Assembly (NCBI GenBank): GCA_016839555.1
Contig: JAEOUA010000011.1
Location: forward strand, 160,001 to 224,000
DNA from: Promethearchaeota archaeon
GTDB lineage: Archaea; Asgardarchaeota; Lokiarchaeia; Sigyniarchaeales; SOKP01
Direction of reading: 5' to 3'
Length of the DNA stretch: 64,000 nucleotides
Shown: piece after piece, positions 48,872 through 60,200 of the stretch
Position numbering within the stretch: the stretch's first letter is position 1
Layout of the letters: the number at the start of each line of letters is the position of its first letter
Notes under the pieces: generated by a model
Told to the model about the DNA's origin: nothing
Database searches by the model: none
What the model saw: only the letters and a program-made list of their open reading frames with translations
Made by a program: the position numbers and the translations under genes

Positions 48872-49089
48872 TATTACCAATTATTTTTAATTGAAATAGA
48901 CTAGCAAATAATATTATTAATTAATTATAATATATTTATTAGATAAAACTTAATATTTTATAGTCCTATAGCTATTACAATTATAAATACTAAAACAATA
49001 AAAAATAAAGATAGGATTTTTTTTTTAAGCTTTTTTTATTTAAGTAAAAATTAAATAAATATATACAAGAAGAAAAGGATAAGTAAGAT

Positions 49090-50250
49090 ATGCGAGAAAC
49101 AGAGCTAATGAGAGAATACGAAGAAGAAACTGGTAATTTGGCAGTAATAGATGGTGAAATAACGACTAAATATGAAAATTGGAAGAATATGAAAATAAAA
49201 GAGAAGATTAAAGAAAAAAGAAAACAAGAGTTACTAAGTTCTAAACAAACACGTAAAAAAATAAAAGAGGAATTTGATCAAGGCAAAAAAGTTGATAAAG
49301 ACTATGATCATCTTATAGTGGTTGAGAATATTCATAAAACTTATCTTCTTGGCACAACTGCTATCGCGGCTCTCCGAGGAATAAATTTAACGATCGATAA
49401 GGGAGAGTTTACGCTAATAATGGGACCTAGTGGGAGCGGAAAAACAACTCTCCTAAATTTAATTGGAGGCTTAGACACGCCAACCAGGGGTAAAATCTTC
49501 CTAGAGGGCAAAAATATTGCAACATTGAAGGATTCAGAGCTTGCAGACATCCGGAGAGACAAAATTGGCTTTGTCTTTCAATTTTATAATTTATTACCAC
49601 AAATGACAGCTTTAGAAAATGTAATGGTACCCCTTCATTTTAGTGGGAAGCTCTCAAAAAGAGGTAAAGAGAAGCGTGCAATGGACCTCCTTTCTATAGT
49701 CGGGCTAGAAGAAAGAGCGCATCATACACCGAGCGAATTAAGCGGTGGTGAGCAGCAGCGTGTTGCGGTAGCCAGAGCATTTGCAAATGATCCAGCTATT
49801 TGTGTTTTAGACGAACCAACAGGAGATTTAGATTCCAAAACAGGTATTCAAATCTTAAATCTTTTGAGGGATCTCAATAAACGAGGGGCTACTTTTATTG
49901 CAGTAAGCCACGATGCTGCGGTTTCTGAATTTGCTACTAGGACCTTACATATGAGAGATGGAAAACTTATACGTGAGGGGAAGATCGTAGGATTAAAAGA
50001 AACATACATAATGGAGATTCAAAGGAAAAATGAAGCAGAAATTAATAAAGAAAAATGCAAGAGAAAGATATATCAGTATTTATTTAACAATCAAGGGAAA
50101 AAAGAGTTCAAGATCACAGATATAGCAAATAGTATCCCAGAGCCGATATTAAAAAATTTGCCGATTCATTTTGATGACATATTAAGAGAAATAATTGAAG
50201 ATGATACGATTAAAGGACAAATTAAAGAGGATATCTTGATTTTAAAATAA
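49090..50250 (+). CDS. ABC ATPase, MacB/LolD/FtsE type, with N- and C-terminal extensions
   Basis: [41 protein letters not shown] and VSHD. Confidence 0.95.
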   Translation: MRETELMREYEEETGNLAVIDGEITTKYENWKNMKIKEKIKEKRKQELLSSKQTRKKIKEEFDQGKKVDKDYDHLIVVENIHKTYLLGTTAIAALRGINLTIDKGEFTLIMGPSGSGKTTLLNLIGGLDTPTRGKIFLEGKNIATLKDSELADIRRDKIGFVFQFYNLLPQMTALENVMVPLHFSGKLSKRGKEKRAMDLLSIVGLEERAHHTPSELSGGEQQRVAVARAFANDPAICVLDEPTGDLDSKTGIQILNLLRDLNKRGATFIAVSHDAAVSEFATRTLHMRDGKLIREGKIVGLKETYIMEIQRKNEAEINKEKCKRKIYQYLFNNQGKKEFKITDIANSIPEPILKNLPIHFDDILREIIEDDTIKGQIKEDILILK

Positions 50251-50300
50251 AATTTTAATTAAAATCTCCTAAAAAATCGAAATAAGTATCAAAAAACGAT

Positions 50301-53270
50301 ATGGTTCATCTCAAACTAATTTTTAAATATGCCTTTAATGATTTAAAGAAGCATAAAATCCGTACCATTTTAGGCCTTATTGGAATCACTATTAGCATCG
50401 CTTTATTATGTTTAGTTTTATTTATTGGAGATTCCGCCAGTTCAACGATGGTAGATTATATCGCTTCGGATTCTGGAAATCAAGATCTTGTTATATCCGT
50501 ACGCCATTATAATGAAGAGCCTGAAAATAGATCCAATTATTTTTCATATCTCCCTATGGTAGCAACACTTGAATCCCAAACTTCTTCCATCGATAAATAT
50601 ATTCCTAGAATGGAAGTATATGGAAAAGTAAATGCTTCAAAAGGATTTGATACGCAAGAATTAACGGCCTTACAAAGAACTGCATTAATTTCAGGTATAA
50701 ATTTTATGTTCGAAAACCTGATTGGATTTGGGTATTTTTCTTGGCCGATAATAAATCGCGAAATTCCAATCCCTTCTTTACCTGCCAATAGTTGTGCAAT
50801 ATACTACGGTTTTGATAATGATATTAAATATTCAATAGGAGATACTATTGAGATAGATATGAAATTGATGGATGAAAATAGTACTTATATTACAAAAAAT
50901 TTTACGGTTTCTTTTATATTTGATTTTAATTTTAAATGGCCCGTTAATTATAAAATAAAAAATTTAATTTGTGTAGATATAAATACTCTTTATGAAATTT
51001 TTGGAAAGGACGAATTTGAAGGGAAATGTTCTAAATTAATTACTACTTTTAATCAAGATGCGGGTTTTTATGATGTGAGAGATGTCAAAGGATCAGAAAA
51101 TCGGGTATTAGAACTCGCTACAATAATCCAAATTTTAATCGGGATGAATGAATACAATATACAATTACCAAAATTATTACTATTCAGTTATTCAGAGATT
51201 CTAAATATGATCTTCACAATCGCTATTGTGTTTGTAGCAATAATAACTATGCTGATTTCAGGGATTTTAATTAATGGAATTCTTAATACATCTGTTGAGG
51301 AGAGAATTAGAGAGTTTGGGATTTTTAGAACACTTGGAGCACATCAATTTCATAATTTAGCTACTGTTTTAGTTCAAGGGCTTCTATTATGTAATATTGG
51401 AACAATTATAGGAATCGCAGGAGCATTCCTTGGCACCAAATATTTTATATTACCAATAGCAAATGAGTTATTACTCACAAGATTTTATTCTGTTTTGGGA
51501 GGAGCAACATTATCTTTCAGTTTTACTTATGTTTCTATAGTGATTGCTTATCTTATTGGATTAATAGTTGGATTAATAGTCAGTATTTCTCCTGCAATAA
51601 GAGTGATGAAATTAAATCTTATAGAGTCCATCCATCCCTATCGACATCCTGAGGAACTTTATAAATTACAAAAGAAATCAACTATTAATTATAAACTTAT
51701 CATTACAGGCCTTGTACTTGCCATTGCTGCAGGTTTTATATTTTTCATTGTGCCGAGAATTATTATCTCATTTGATTTAACATTAATGGCAGGTGTCTTA
51801 ATTGGATTACTAATGATGTTTATCTTGGGTATGACATTAGCTGGTTTAGGATTAATGCCTGTGATACTTAGATTTTTTATTGAAATTTTTAGACCAATAA
51901 GTAGAAAACTTCATAATGTTGTAAAGACCTTTACATATAGATATCAGCGGAGAAATACAAGTACGATAGTCATTTTCGCGATATCATTTTCATTTGTAAT
52001 ATTTGTGTCAATATTTATTGAAGATTTATCTAATCAATCACAATCAGGAATATATTTAAATTATGGTTCTGATTTATTAATCGAATCAGATGGTTGGGCA
52101 GAACCAAGCGGATCTTTTGGGTTTTTTGGTGGAGGTAGAGGAGACGAATCAGAATCTACTAATAATTTAGACGTAAATAAAATATTTACAACGGAATTCC
52201 AGACCGAACTACTAAGTATTTATGGAATTGAACGAGTTTCGTCTGCTTTAGTACAGCCAAATCAATTAACACAGATATATTCAGAGAATGAGCAAAATAA
52301 AGAATTCTCAGCCGAAATGGGAGATTACGCGGGTCTTTTTACTCAAGATATTTCACTGATTGGTGTTGATCGAAATTTTTACTTCACTATTAATACAAAA
52401 TATATGAGATTTGAACAAGGAAATCCATCTGAAGCGTTTACTTTAATAAATACTCAAAATCCCTACTGGTGTATTATTTCTCAATCAATAGCTAATGAAT
52501 TAAAATTAAACCTATATGATTTGATTCGAATTGTTATTCATAGGGGGGAAGAAGTAGAAAGATTTAATTTTAGAATCGCCGGTATTGCTTCAAGCATTCC
52601 AGGGTTTTCTGGATCTTTTAGTGGTTCCTCAACTTTTGGTATGGGAGCCAATGGTGTATTAGTTTCCAAAGAAATATATTTAGATATTATGGAAATGTCA
52701 GAACCTATTTGGGTAGACAAATTCTTTATCAAAATCCAGAATGGAAATCCTAAAATTGCGGAATTCTTAGAATTCTATCTTACAAATAAATATTCTGATC
52801 AGTATAATTTTGATATCGGAAATTTAGCGAGTAGAATTGAGAGCCAGGAATCTTCTTTTGCTTTAATAGATACTTTTTTTATGCTTATTTTGATGTCTAC
52901 TATAGTTATATGTTTATTTGGGTTAATGGCATCTTCCTATTCTACTATAATTGAGCGAAAAAAAGAGATCGGAATAGTAAGAACACTTGGGCTGCGCGGG
53001 GGACACCTTAACCGATTGTTTATTTTAGAAGCTATAATAATAGTTCTTGCGAGTGGAACTGTAGGGACGATAGCGGGAATGCTAACTGGCTGGCTATTTG
53101 GTTCTTCGATGGGATTATTTATGAATACTTCTTATACATACTATTTTCCATGGATAAATTTTCTCGGGATATATGGTGCTTCTATAATATTCGTCTATAT
53201 TGGAATGAAATTACTCTTATGGAGAATTAGAAAGAAAAAAATTACAGAAATTTATAGAGAAACTCTTTAG
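50301..53270 (+). CDS. FtsX/MacB-type ABC permease (duplicated architecture)
   Basis: Two FtsX modules (SVEERIREFGIFRTLGA; IIERKKEIGIVRTLG), each with a large extracellular domain. Confidence 0.93.
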   Translation: MVHLKLIFKYAFNDLKKHKIRTILGLIGITISIALLCLVLFIGDSASSTMVDYIASDSGNQDLVISVRHYNEEPENRSNYFSYLPMVATLESQTSSIDKYIPRMEVYGKVNASKGFDTQELTALQRTALISGINFMFENLIGFGYFSWPIINREIPIPSLPANSCAIYYGFDNDIKYSIGDTIEIDMKLMDENSTYITKNFTVSFIFDFNFKWPVNYKIKNLICVDINTLYEIFGKDEFEGKCSKLITTFNQDAGFYDVRDVKGSENRVLELATIIQILIGMNEYNIQLPKLLLFSYSEILNMIFTIAIVFVAIITMLISGILINGILNTSVEERIREFGIFRTLGAHQFHNLATVLVQGLLLCNIGTIIGIAGAFLGTKYFILPIANELLLTRFYSVLGGATLSFSFTYVSIVIAYLIGLIVGLIVSISPAIRVMKLNLIESIHPYRHPEELYKLQKKSTINYKLIITGLVLAIAAGFIFFIVPRIIISFDLTLMAGVLIGLLMMFILGMTLAGLGLMPVILRFFIEIFRPISRKLHNVVKTFTYRYQRRNTSTIVIFAISFSFVIFVSIFIEDLSNQSQSGIYLNYGSDLLIESDGWAEPSGSFGFFGGGRGDESESTNNLDVNKIFTTEFQTELLSIYGIERVSSALVQPNQLTQIYSENEQNKEFSAEMGDYAGLFTQDISLIGVDRNFYFTINTKYMRFEQGNPSEAFTLINTQNPYWCIISQSIANELKLNLYDLIRIVIHRGEEVERFNFRIAGIASSIPGFSGSFSGSSTFGMGANGVLVSKEIYLDIMEMSEPIWVDKFFIKIQNGNPKIAEFLEFYLTNKYSDQYNFDIGNLASRIESQESSFALIDTFFMLILMSTIVICLFGLMASSYSTIIERKKEIGIVRTLGLRGGHLNRLFILEAIIIVLASGTVGTIAGMLTGWLFGSSMGLFMNTSYTYYFPWINFLGIYGASIIFVYIGMKLLLWRIRKKKITEIYRETL

Positions 53271-53281
53271 GAGGTGCTAGA

Positions 53282-56200
53282 ATAATAAAATTTAACCGTA
53301 AAAAGAGATTGGTTTCCATCATTCTGTTTTTTGTATTGATATTCCCTATAATTAATTCACTTTTTGGAAACCAAGAATCATCGAGTGATAATATATTTCC
53401 TAATGGGATACAAAAAAAATCTTTAAATAGCTCGGATATCGCAGGAATGGATTTATACGCAGAATCAATCGGAGCTTATGTAGCGGGAAATAGCTCTTTA
53501 ATTAAACATTCTATCTTTACCAATGATACAAATATTTTAAGAAGTTTCGATTTATCAGATCCTGCATTTTACAAATGTAATATTTTTTTAAGTGCATCTA
53601 ATAATATTAATTCTCCTATTTTTCCGCTTCCATTGACAGAAAGAGAAGTTGAGCAACAATTTAAAAATCCCATTAATTCATTTGTTGGATTTCTATACTA
53701 TGACCCAGATGTAAGTTTAAATGATGCTCAAGAAAGAGCTGAAAGAGCTCTTGAAATTATTAAAATGAACCTTGAAATGGATTTAATTATGGTAAACTCT
53801 TCTGAGCCGAATTTTTATCCATTTATCGGATATTACCCTAAATGGCATATTTTGTTAGGAGAATTCACAGAAAATATACCTAAAGATGGTTATTGGAAAG
53901 CATTCGATTTAAAAAGATTGGAGAGTCATACTTATAGAAATAATAACCATTTATCATTTTCATTTGCATTAATTAATTCACCGGATTTATTTCAGGAAGA
54001 AATAAACTTCGGAAATGATCAATTAAATTTTAATACTGGAGCGGCAATTTCCCCCTTTTTAAAGGGAAATATTATAGACGATATTTTTAATCAACTTACT
54101 AATATTTTAGAAGAAAATGAAGATTTACTTGAGAATTTGGGCATTTATTTAGGATTAAATGAAACTGATTCGATTGAAAATTTTGATGATTTAACCACAT
54201 CCTTTGGAAACTTTTCACTCTCAAAAAATTCTCATTATAGTATTATTGAAATTCAATATGAAGGATTAGAATCAGGAATTCAAAAAATAGCACCAAATCA
54301 ATATGAATTTAATTTATTTGATGCTTTAGGATATACTCAAAGTTCATTAGCCCCTAGCGAAAAAGTATATTCAGCGCTTATTGGGGGATTTCTATCACGA
54401 TTAGATGTAAACATTTTATGTACGGATATCATTGATTCGTCTCCAGATAATATTGCCTTTAGTGATTATTTCATAGATCAATTAGCATTATTATTTAGTT
54501 TCATGGATACTGATTTTAATCCATATGACCTACAAAATTATTCATTTCAATTATCCTGGAGAGATCAAGGGGGATTAAAAAAAATTTATACTAATTTAAT
54601 TAATGAAAACGATGAATTTGATCTTATTAATTTCTTACCAATTCTTGGTTTCACAGGATTTCCTACGTTTCCATCTGGATTAACAAATCCGTTAAATAAT
54701 TTAAATGTAAAATACGAGCTCTTGAATTCTGAGGCTAATATTAAGCTTGATAATCTGTTAATTGGAAAAAATACATCATTTGGAGCATATAAAAATTTTG
54801 ATTTTAATATTTCGGCGAAAACTGTTGGAAATATATCTGCTTATGGAGTTCCAATATCAATCCCCCTAGATTTGGATACAGTTCTCTATCTTATATTTAG
54901 AATAGAGGGAGGAAATCCCGATTTCATTGATGATCTAAAAGACGCCATAAAGAGTATTATTAATTCGGAATATCCTGGTGAATATGATGATTTAGAGGAT
55001 TTTTTCAATTTCGACGAAGAACCAAGAATTTTTCAATTTGATACTAATAATGATGGTTCCAACGATTATTATTTCCCAGATCCTTTAAATATTTCAAATT
55101 TATATCCATATAATGAAAAAATGAATGAAGTTGTGGATATTCTATTTATAGAACATTATTCTTTACTCGATAATATAGGATGGGAGGCAACACCAAGAGA
55201 GACTGCAAAAAGAGTCGAGGAAAGCTTTACAAATATATATAGTGTGTGGAATGATGATAATTGGGAATTAGAACCAGATAAATTTATATCCTATACCCAC
55301 AAAAATTATTCTATTTCTGATTCAGATACTTATACAAGATTCCATGCATTTGATTTTATTATAAACAACTCTTTAGGATTGCCCCGAATCATCTTTGGTG
55401 AGGAAGCTGAATCGAATTCTCCTGAGATGGCATTATATCCAGATAATGAGAATTGGACTATAATTTCAGAGGAATATTTTGATGAAAATAGAATTGAAGT
55501 TCAATTTGCTGCACAAAATACCACTTTTATTGATCTAATAAATAATACACTTGATAGAGTCTCTCTTACTTATAATTTCACTGAATCATTTACAAATATT
55601 GAATTTGAGCTTTTTAATTATACTAATGAAGAATATTTTGATCTCCAACCATATTTAACAGCTATGACTAAGACCTCTAGGATCTTTTCTGTAACAAAAT
55701 ATAATAATAGCATAAATCATATTTTTCAAAGTCCTTCTCAAGGAGATTATACTATAATATTTAGAATAAAAAAAAAAGATAGTAATCAATTTAATATATC
55801 AATTGATAATATTGACATTAAATTCTTAACGAGAGATATTAACCCCGTTGAAATACAAAGCAATATTAAATATACTTCTAAGAGTGGTAATGTGAAATAC
55901 ACTTGTTATTCAAATTCAATTACTTTAAGTACCGATAATATGTCTTCAATAGTTTCTTATTCCAGTCTTTCTAGCTATACGTCAAATCAAGGAGATATTA
56001 TTTCTTATTTCTTAAATTTGAAAAATATTGGTTCCGATCTTGCTACAAATATTACTATAAAAATTCCTATTCCGGGAATTATTCAGAGCTTTAATAACTT
56101 TAGTTTAAAAAATAATTGTCTTTTTTATCGTTTAAATTCTTTATATCCGGGCAGTGAAATACACTTAAATTTCTCTTTCTATGTTCCAAATTCTGAATTA

Positions 56201-57226
56201 TTTGAAAATCATATCATTAAATATAACAATTCAAAATTCTTAGAAAAAGGTAATTCATCAGTTCTATCATCTCATCCTAATAATCTTTATTCTGTTTCAC
56301 CCTTAAATTACAAAAATAGAACACCATATATACATATAATTGATATTTTTCTAAATTCTTCAAAAGAAAGTCCCTCAATTTCTGAAATATTCAATATATC
56401 ATTAAATATTAAAAATATTGGTCCCCAAGGTTTAATTATTGATAAAATTAATATTTCTTCAAGAGATAAATATGGAGATTTAATTAGAAGATCAAATGAA
56501 CATCTTATTTTTTACAATATATCTTATAATCAAATAAAATCTATTACTTATAGTATTAATAAAACGGAATGGAAGGGATATTTATATCCCGCAATAAATC
56601 TCTTGGATAATGGGGATAGTAAAACTTATCAGATACGCCAATCTGAACCTTTGATATTGGGTTCTATAATAATTTCAGTTAAAAAGTCGGTTAATAAAAA
56701 TGAATTAGAAAGGGGGGAAGTTATAATCGTAAATGTTAAAATTAAAAATGAAGGTACTATAATTGCTAAGAATTTAAAATTAGACGACATTGTAGGCTAT
56801 CCTCAGGATATTTTTACATTAGAATCAGGGAAATTAATTAAAACCATTGATACTTTAAAGCCTGGAGAATCAACATATATTACCTATATTTTAAAAGCAA
56901 ATACTCAAGCAATGACAATATTAACAAGCGCAAGACTAGAATACGATTTTCTATATAAAAATATTGCTAATTCAAATATTCTCTCTATAAAAGTTATTAT
57001 ACCAAAATCAATACAAAATTTAAACATATTAATTCCCATTGCTATTGTGGGAGGAATTTTATTTATATACATTTGGTATTTAAGGAGCTATAAGAAAAAA
57101 GTATTAGAATCAGAAAGGAAAGAAATTAAGGTCCTAAGTCTCACTTCACGGGAATCAATTCTTACCTCTGAAATAAGTTTAAAAGAATATTTATCAAATT
57201 TTAAAGAAGAAGAAGGAGGTTATTAA
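53282..57226 (+). CDS. Large membrane-anchored surface protein with C-terminal DUF11/Ig-like repeats; probable ATA start
   Basis: Signal segment; GDIISYFLNLKNIG, FNISLNIKNIG and KKSVNK..GEVIIVNVKIKNEG repeats; C-terminal TM helix. GGAGGTG at 53270-53276 precedes in-frame ATA codons (track start is TTG 53309). Confidence 0.75.
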   Translation: MIKFNRKKRLVSIILFFVLIFPIINSLFGNQESSSDNIFPNGIQKKSLNSSDIAGMDLYAESIGAYVAGNSSLIKHSIFTNDTNILRSFDLSDPAFYKCNIFLSASNNINSPIFPLPLTEREVEQQFKNPINSFVGFLYYDPDVSLNDAQERAERALEIIKMNLEMDLIMVNSSEPNFYPFIGYYPKWHILLGEFTENIPKDGYWKAFDLKRLESHTYRNNNHLSFSFALINSPDLFQEEINFGNDQLNFNTGAAISPFLKGNIIDDIFNQLTNILEENEDLLENLGIYLGLNETDSIENFDDLTTSFGNFSLSKNSHYSIIEIQYEGLESGIQKIAPNQYEFNLFDALGYTQSSLAPSEKVYSALIGGFLSRLDVNILCTDIIDSSPDNIAFSDYFIDQLALLFSFMDTDFNPYDLQNYSFQLSWRDQGGLKKIYTNLINENDEFDLINFLPILGFTGFPTFPSGLTNPLNNLNVKYELLNSEANIKLDNLLIGKNTSFGAYKNFDFNISAKTVGNISAYGVPISIPLDLDTVLYLIFRIEGGNPDFIDDLKDAIKSIINSEYPGEYDDLEDFFNFDEEPRIFQFDTNNDGSNDYYFPDPLNISNLYPYNEKMNEVVDILFIEHYSLLDNIGWEATPRETAKRVEESFTNIYSVWNDDNWELEPDKFISYTHKNYSISDSDTYTRFHAFDFIINNSLGLPRIIFGEEAESNSPEMALYPDNENWTIISEEYFDENRIEVQFAAQNTTFIDLINNTLDRVSLTYNFTESFTNIEFELFNYTNEEYFDLQPYLTAMTKTSRIFSVTKYNNSINHIFQSPSQGDYTIIFRIKKKDSNQFNISIDNIDIKFLTRDINPVEIQSNIKYTSKSGNVKYTCYSNSITLSTDNMSSIVSYSSLSSYTSNQGDIISYFLNLKNIGSDLATNITIKIPIPGIIQSFNNFSLKNNCLFYRLNSLYPGSEIHLNFSFYVPNSELFENHIIKYNNSKFLEKGNSSVLSSHPNNLYSVSPLNYKNRTPYIHIIDIFLNSSKESPSISEIFNISLNIKNIGPQGLIIDKINISSRDKYGDLIRRSNEHLIFYNISYNQIKSITYSINKTEWKGYLYPAINLLDNGDSKTYQIRQSEPLILGSIIISVKKSVNKNELERGEVIIVNVKIKNEGTIIAKNLKLDDIVGYPQDIFTLESGKLIKTIDTLKPGESTYITYILKANTQAMTILTSARLEYDFLYKNIANSNILSIKVIIPKSIQNLNILIPIAIVGGILFIYIWYLRSYKKKVLESERKEIKVLSLTSRESILTSEISLKEYLSNFKEEEGGY

Positions 57227-57269
57227 AGTATTTCAAAACTTTAATAAAAAATTTTTGGAGGGTAGGGAG

Positions 57270-60200
57270 ATGAATAAAAACAAATCAAAATCGAAAAAAG
57301 TATTCATAATTACAGCTTTATTACTATTTTCAAGTTTTTTGTTCATTTTTCTTCCTAAAGATAATTCATCATCTCAATTGCCAGCAGGATTAAATAAACA
57401 AGCCATTTATTCATCAGATGACTCTGATAATAATAGCTATTTGATAGTGTATTTCAAAAATTCTACATATAATCCAGGGGTGAAAAATAAGTTTGAATTC
57501 TATGGAGGTATAGTTCATAAAAATTGGAATGATACATTTGAATCATTTAGTGGATTTTCTGGAATAATACCAATAAGCAATAAATCTTTATTTCAAGAAT
57601 ATATTGAAAATGAAGTTCCCAATGCAACTTTAGAAAACGATGAAATTATTGAAGCACAATTAAATTTCGCCTCATTCCAAACTGGGGCTGTCAATTCTAC
57701 ATGGTTTAATAATGGTTATAAGGGGGATACAAATAGTTCCATAGCAGTTTTAGATAGCGGAATAGATCTTTCCCACATCTTCTTACAAGATAAAGTGATT
57801 GATAATAAAAGTTTTGTAGATGGAGAATCACCTTTAGATATTTATGGTCATGGCACTTTTATAGGATCCGTTATAGCGGGTACGGGAAAGGATCCGTATA
57901 ATTCTACACTTCCAAATCAAATATATATTAAACAGAATTATACACATTCAGAAATTTTTGGTTTTTCTATCGAACCAAAGAACTATTCAATTAAAATAGC
58001 CACATTTAATATTTCAGAACCTAATGAATATATCTCGGTTAATTCTTCTTGGAAATTAATAACTGAAGGAATAGATGAATTTTGGGTTCAAATATATTAT
58101 AATGGAGAGTTGGTTAATTCTTCCTTTAATGAGAATCAATCACAATATTATCTGATCAAACACAAGATTTCCAAAGATGAGTTAGGATTGTATGATGTGA
58201 TAATAAAATACTCTAAAGAAAGTTATAAAAATCCTCACTTTTCAATATCATCATATATCGAATTTTTTCCAGAATTTTATGTCCAAAATTATAACTATTT
58301 CACGGGCATTGCAAATGGTTCAAAATTGGTGAATTATAAAGTCTTAAATAATTCTGGTAAAGGGAGAGTATCCAATCTAATATCTGCTTTGGAATTTGTC
58401 TATAAAAATAAAAATTCTTCGAAAATAATAAGTGTCTGTTTAAGTGTAGGAACTCTTGGAAATGATATCTCGGCGATCAATAGAGTTATTGATGAAATTT
58501 CAGATGAGGGTATTTTAGTAATTATTGCTGTAGGAAATTATGGAATACAAAATTTTGAGACTTTAAATACATTAGGAAAAAATAGAAATTCAATCGTGGT
58601 AGGAGCTATAAATGATGATGATCAAGTTACTTCTTATAGCAGTATGGGCAAGATTATTGATGGAGGGATGATAAAACCAGATATTGTAGCTCCTGGTGGA
58701 AGTAAAATTGTCCAGCATCGTAATATTATTAGTGCAGCAGCTAATACTAATATTACTTCTTCGAGTTATGGAACATCTATATCAACAGCTATTATAGCCG
58801 CTGCGATAAATATTCTTATTGAAGCTAAATGGAATAATTGGATTCAATGGAATAGTCTTAACACTACAAAATGGAGTAAAATTATGAAATCCATTCTACT
58901 TATGACCGCAACAGAGACTTATCTTGAGAGAGAAGATGATCCAAATACAGAGGTAGATGAAAGCCAATATTCACCATCATTATATCAGGCTCAAATTAAT
59001 TCTACTCACCGAGCAGGGTTAAAAGATGAACATGAAGGATATGGACGAGTTAATATTCAAGCAGCAATAGACGCATTAACAAAAACCATCAGTCCTAATA
59101 TTACATATGAAGGGCATTTAGTAAGTTCTAGAAATAATCCACTTGGAACCCATGCTTTCGCTAGAAAGGTTAATTTAATTGCAGATCATCAATACCTTTT
59201 TAATCTCACAGATATAAATCTATTCTCTACATTTGACTTATATTTATATTCAAATGAAACAAATAGATTTGGTGAACCAATATTATTAGCATCATCACGA
59301 AAAAGCTATAATTCTTTTGATTATCTCTATTTCACCCCCAGAAAAAATGAAACGAATCCCATTTTAGTTATAAAAGCAATTAATGGCGAAAGTAATTTTA
59401 CCTTCAATTTAACTGAGGTCGAAAATATATTTGATCCAAAACTAAAAATTCCAGAAGTCTCTTATATCAACGGTCCTAAAAATACAACTGTATTAAGTCT
59501 TAGTGAAATTCAAGGAGATAAGCCCGAATATAATATTACACTTGACAGATACAAATTTTATGTTGAGTATTTTGATAATGATACAGCAAATGTTCCTCCT
59601 CAACAAGTTTATGTATATATACAAGAATTAGCCAAAAATTTTACTTTAACTCAATTAAATCCAGAAGATAATAACTATACTAATGGAGCAATATTTTCTA
59701 GCCAATATATAGAATTGCCGGAAAATAAAACCTATCATTATCGTTTTTATGTAAAGGATGGACTACGAAATGCAATACTTCCAATTGATATTTTTAATTT
59801 TTTTGAGATAGATATATATTTTCCTCCCGTAATAAAGCATTTAGAGTATCATCATCATTTTAATATTGGATTAGATAATTGGACAATAACAGGGACGGGA
59901 TGGGATTTATTAATTCAAAATAACTTAAACGATAATCGCTCTAGAGTATATGAAAATGATTGGAAATCCATTTATTTTGGATCATATCATAATTATCCTA
60001 AAAATTACACTTATCAACCAATAGGAACTGAAACATATTTAAATGGTTCATTTACAAGTCCCTATTTTAACTTAACAGGATTAGGAGAAGATTTCGTACC
60101 TATTGCAAAAATTGGATCAAGAGTAAGTATTAATGATTTAGATTCTATAAATCTTTATATCAATGTAAATGGAACGGGCTGGAAATCAACACCTCTGAGA

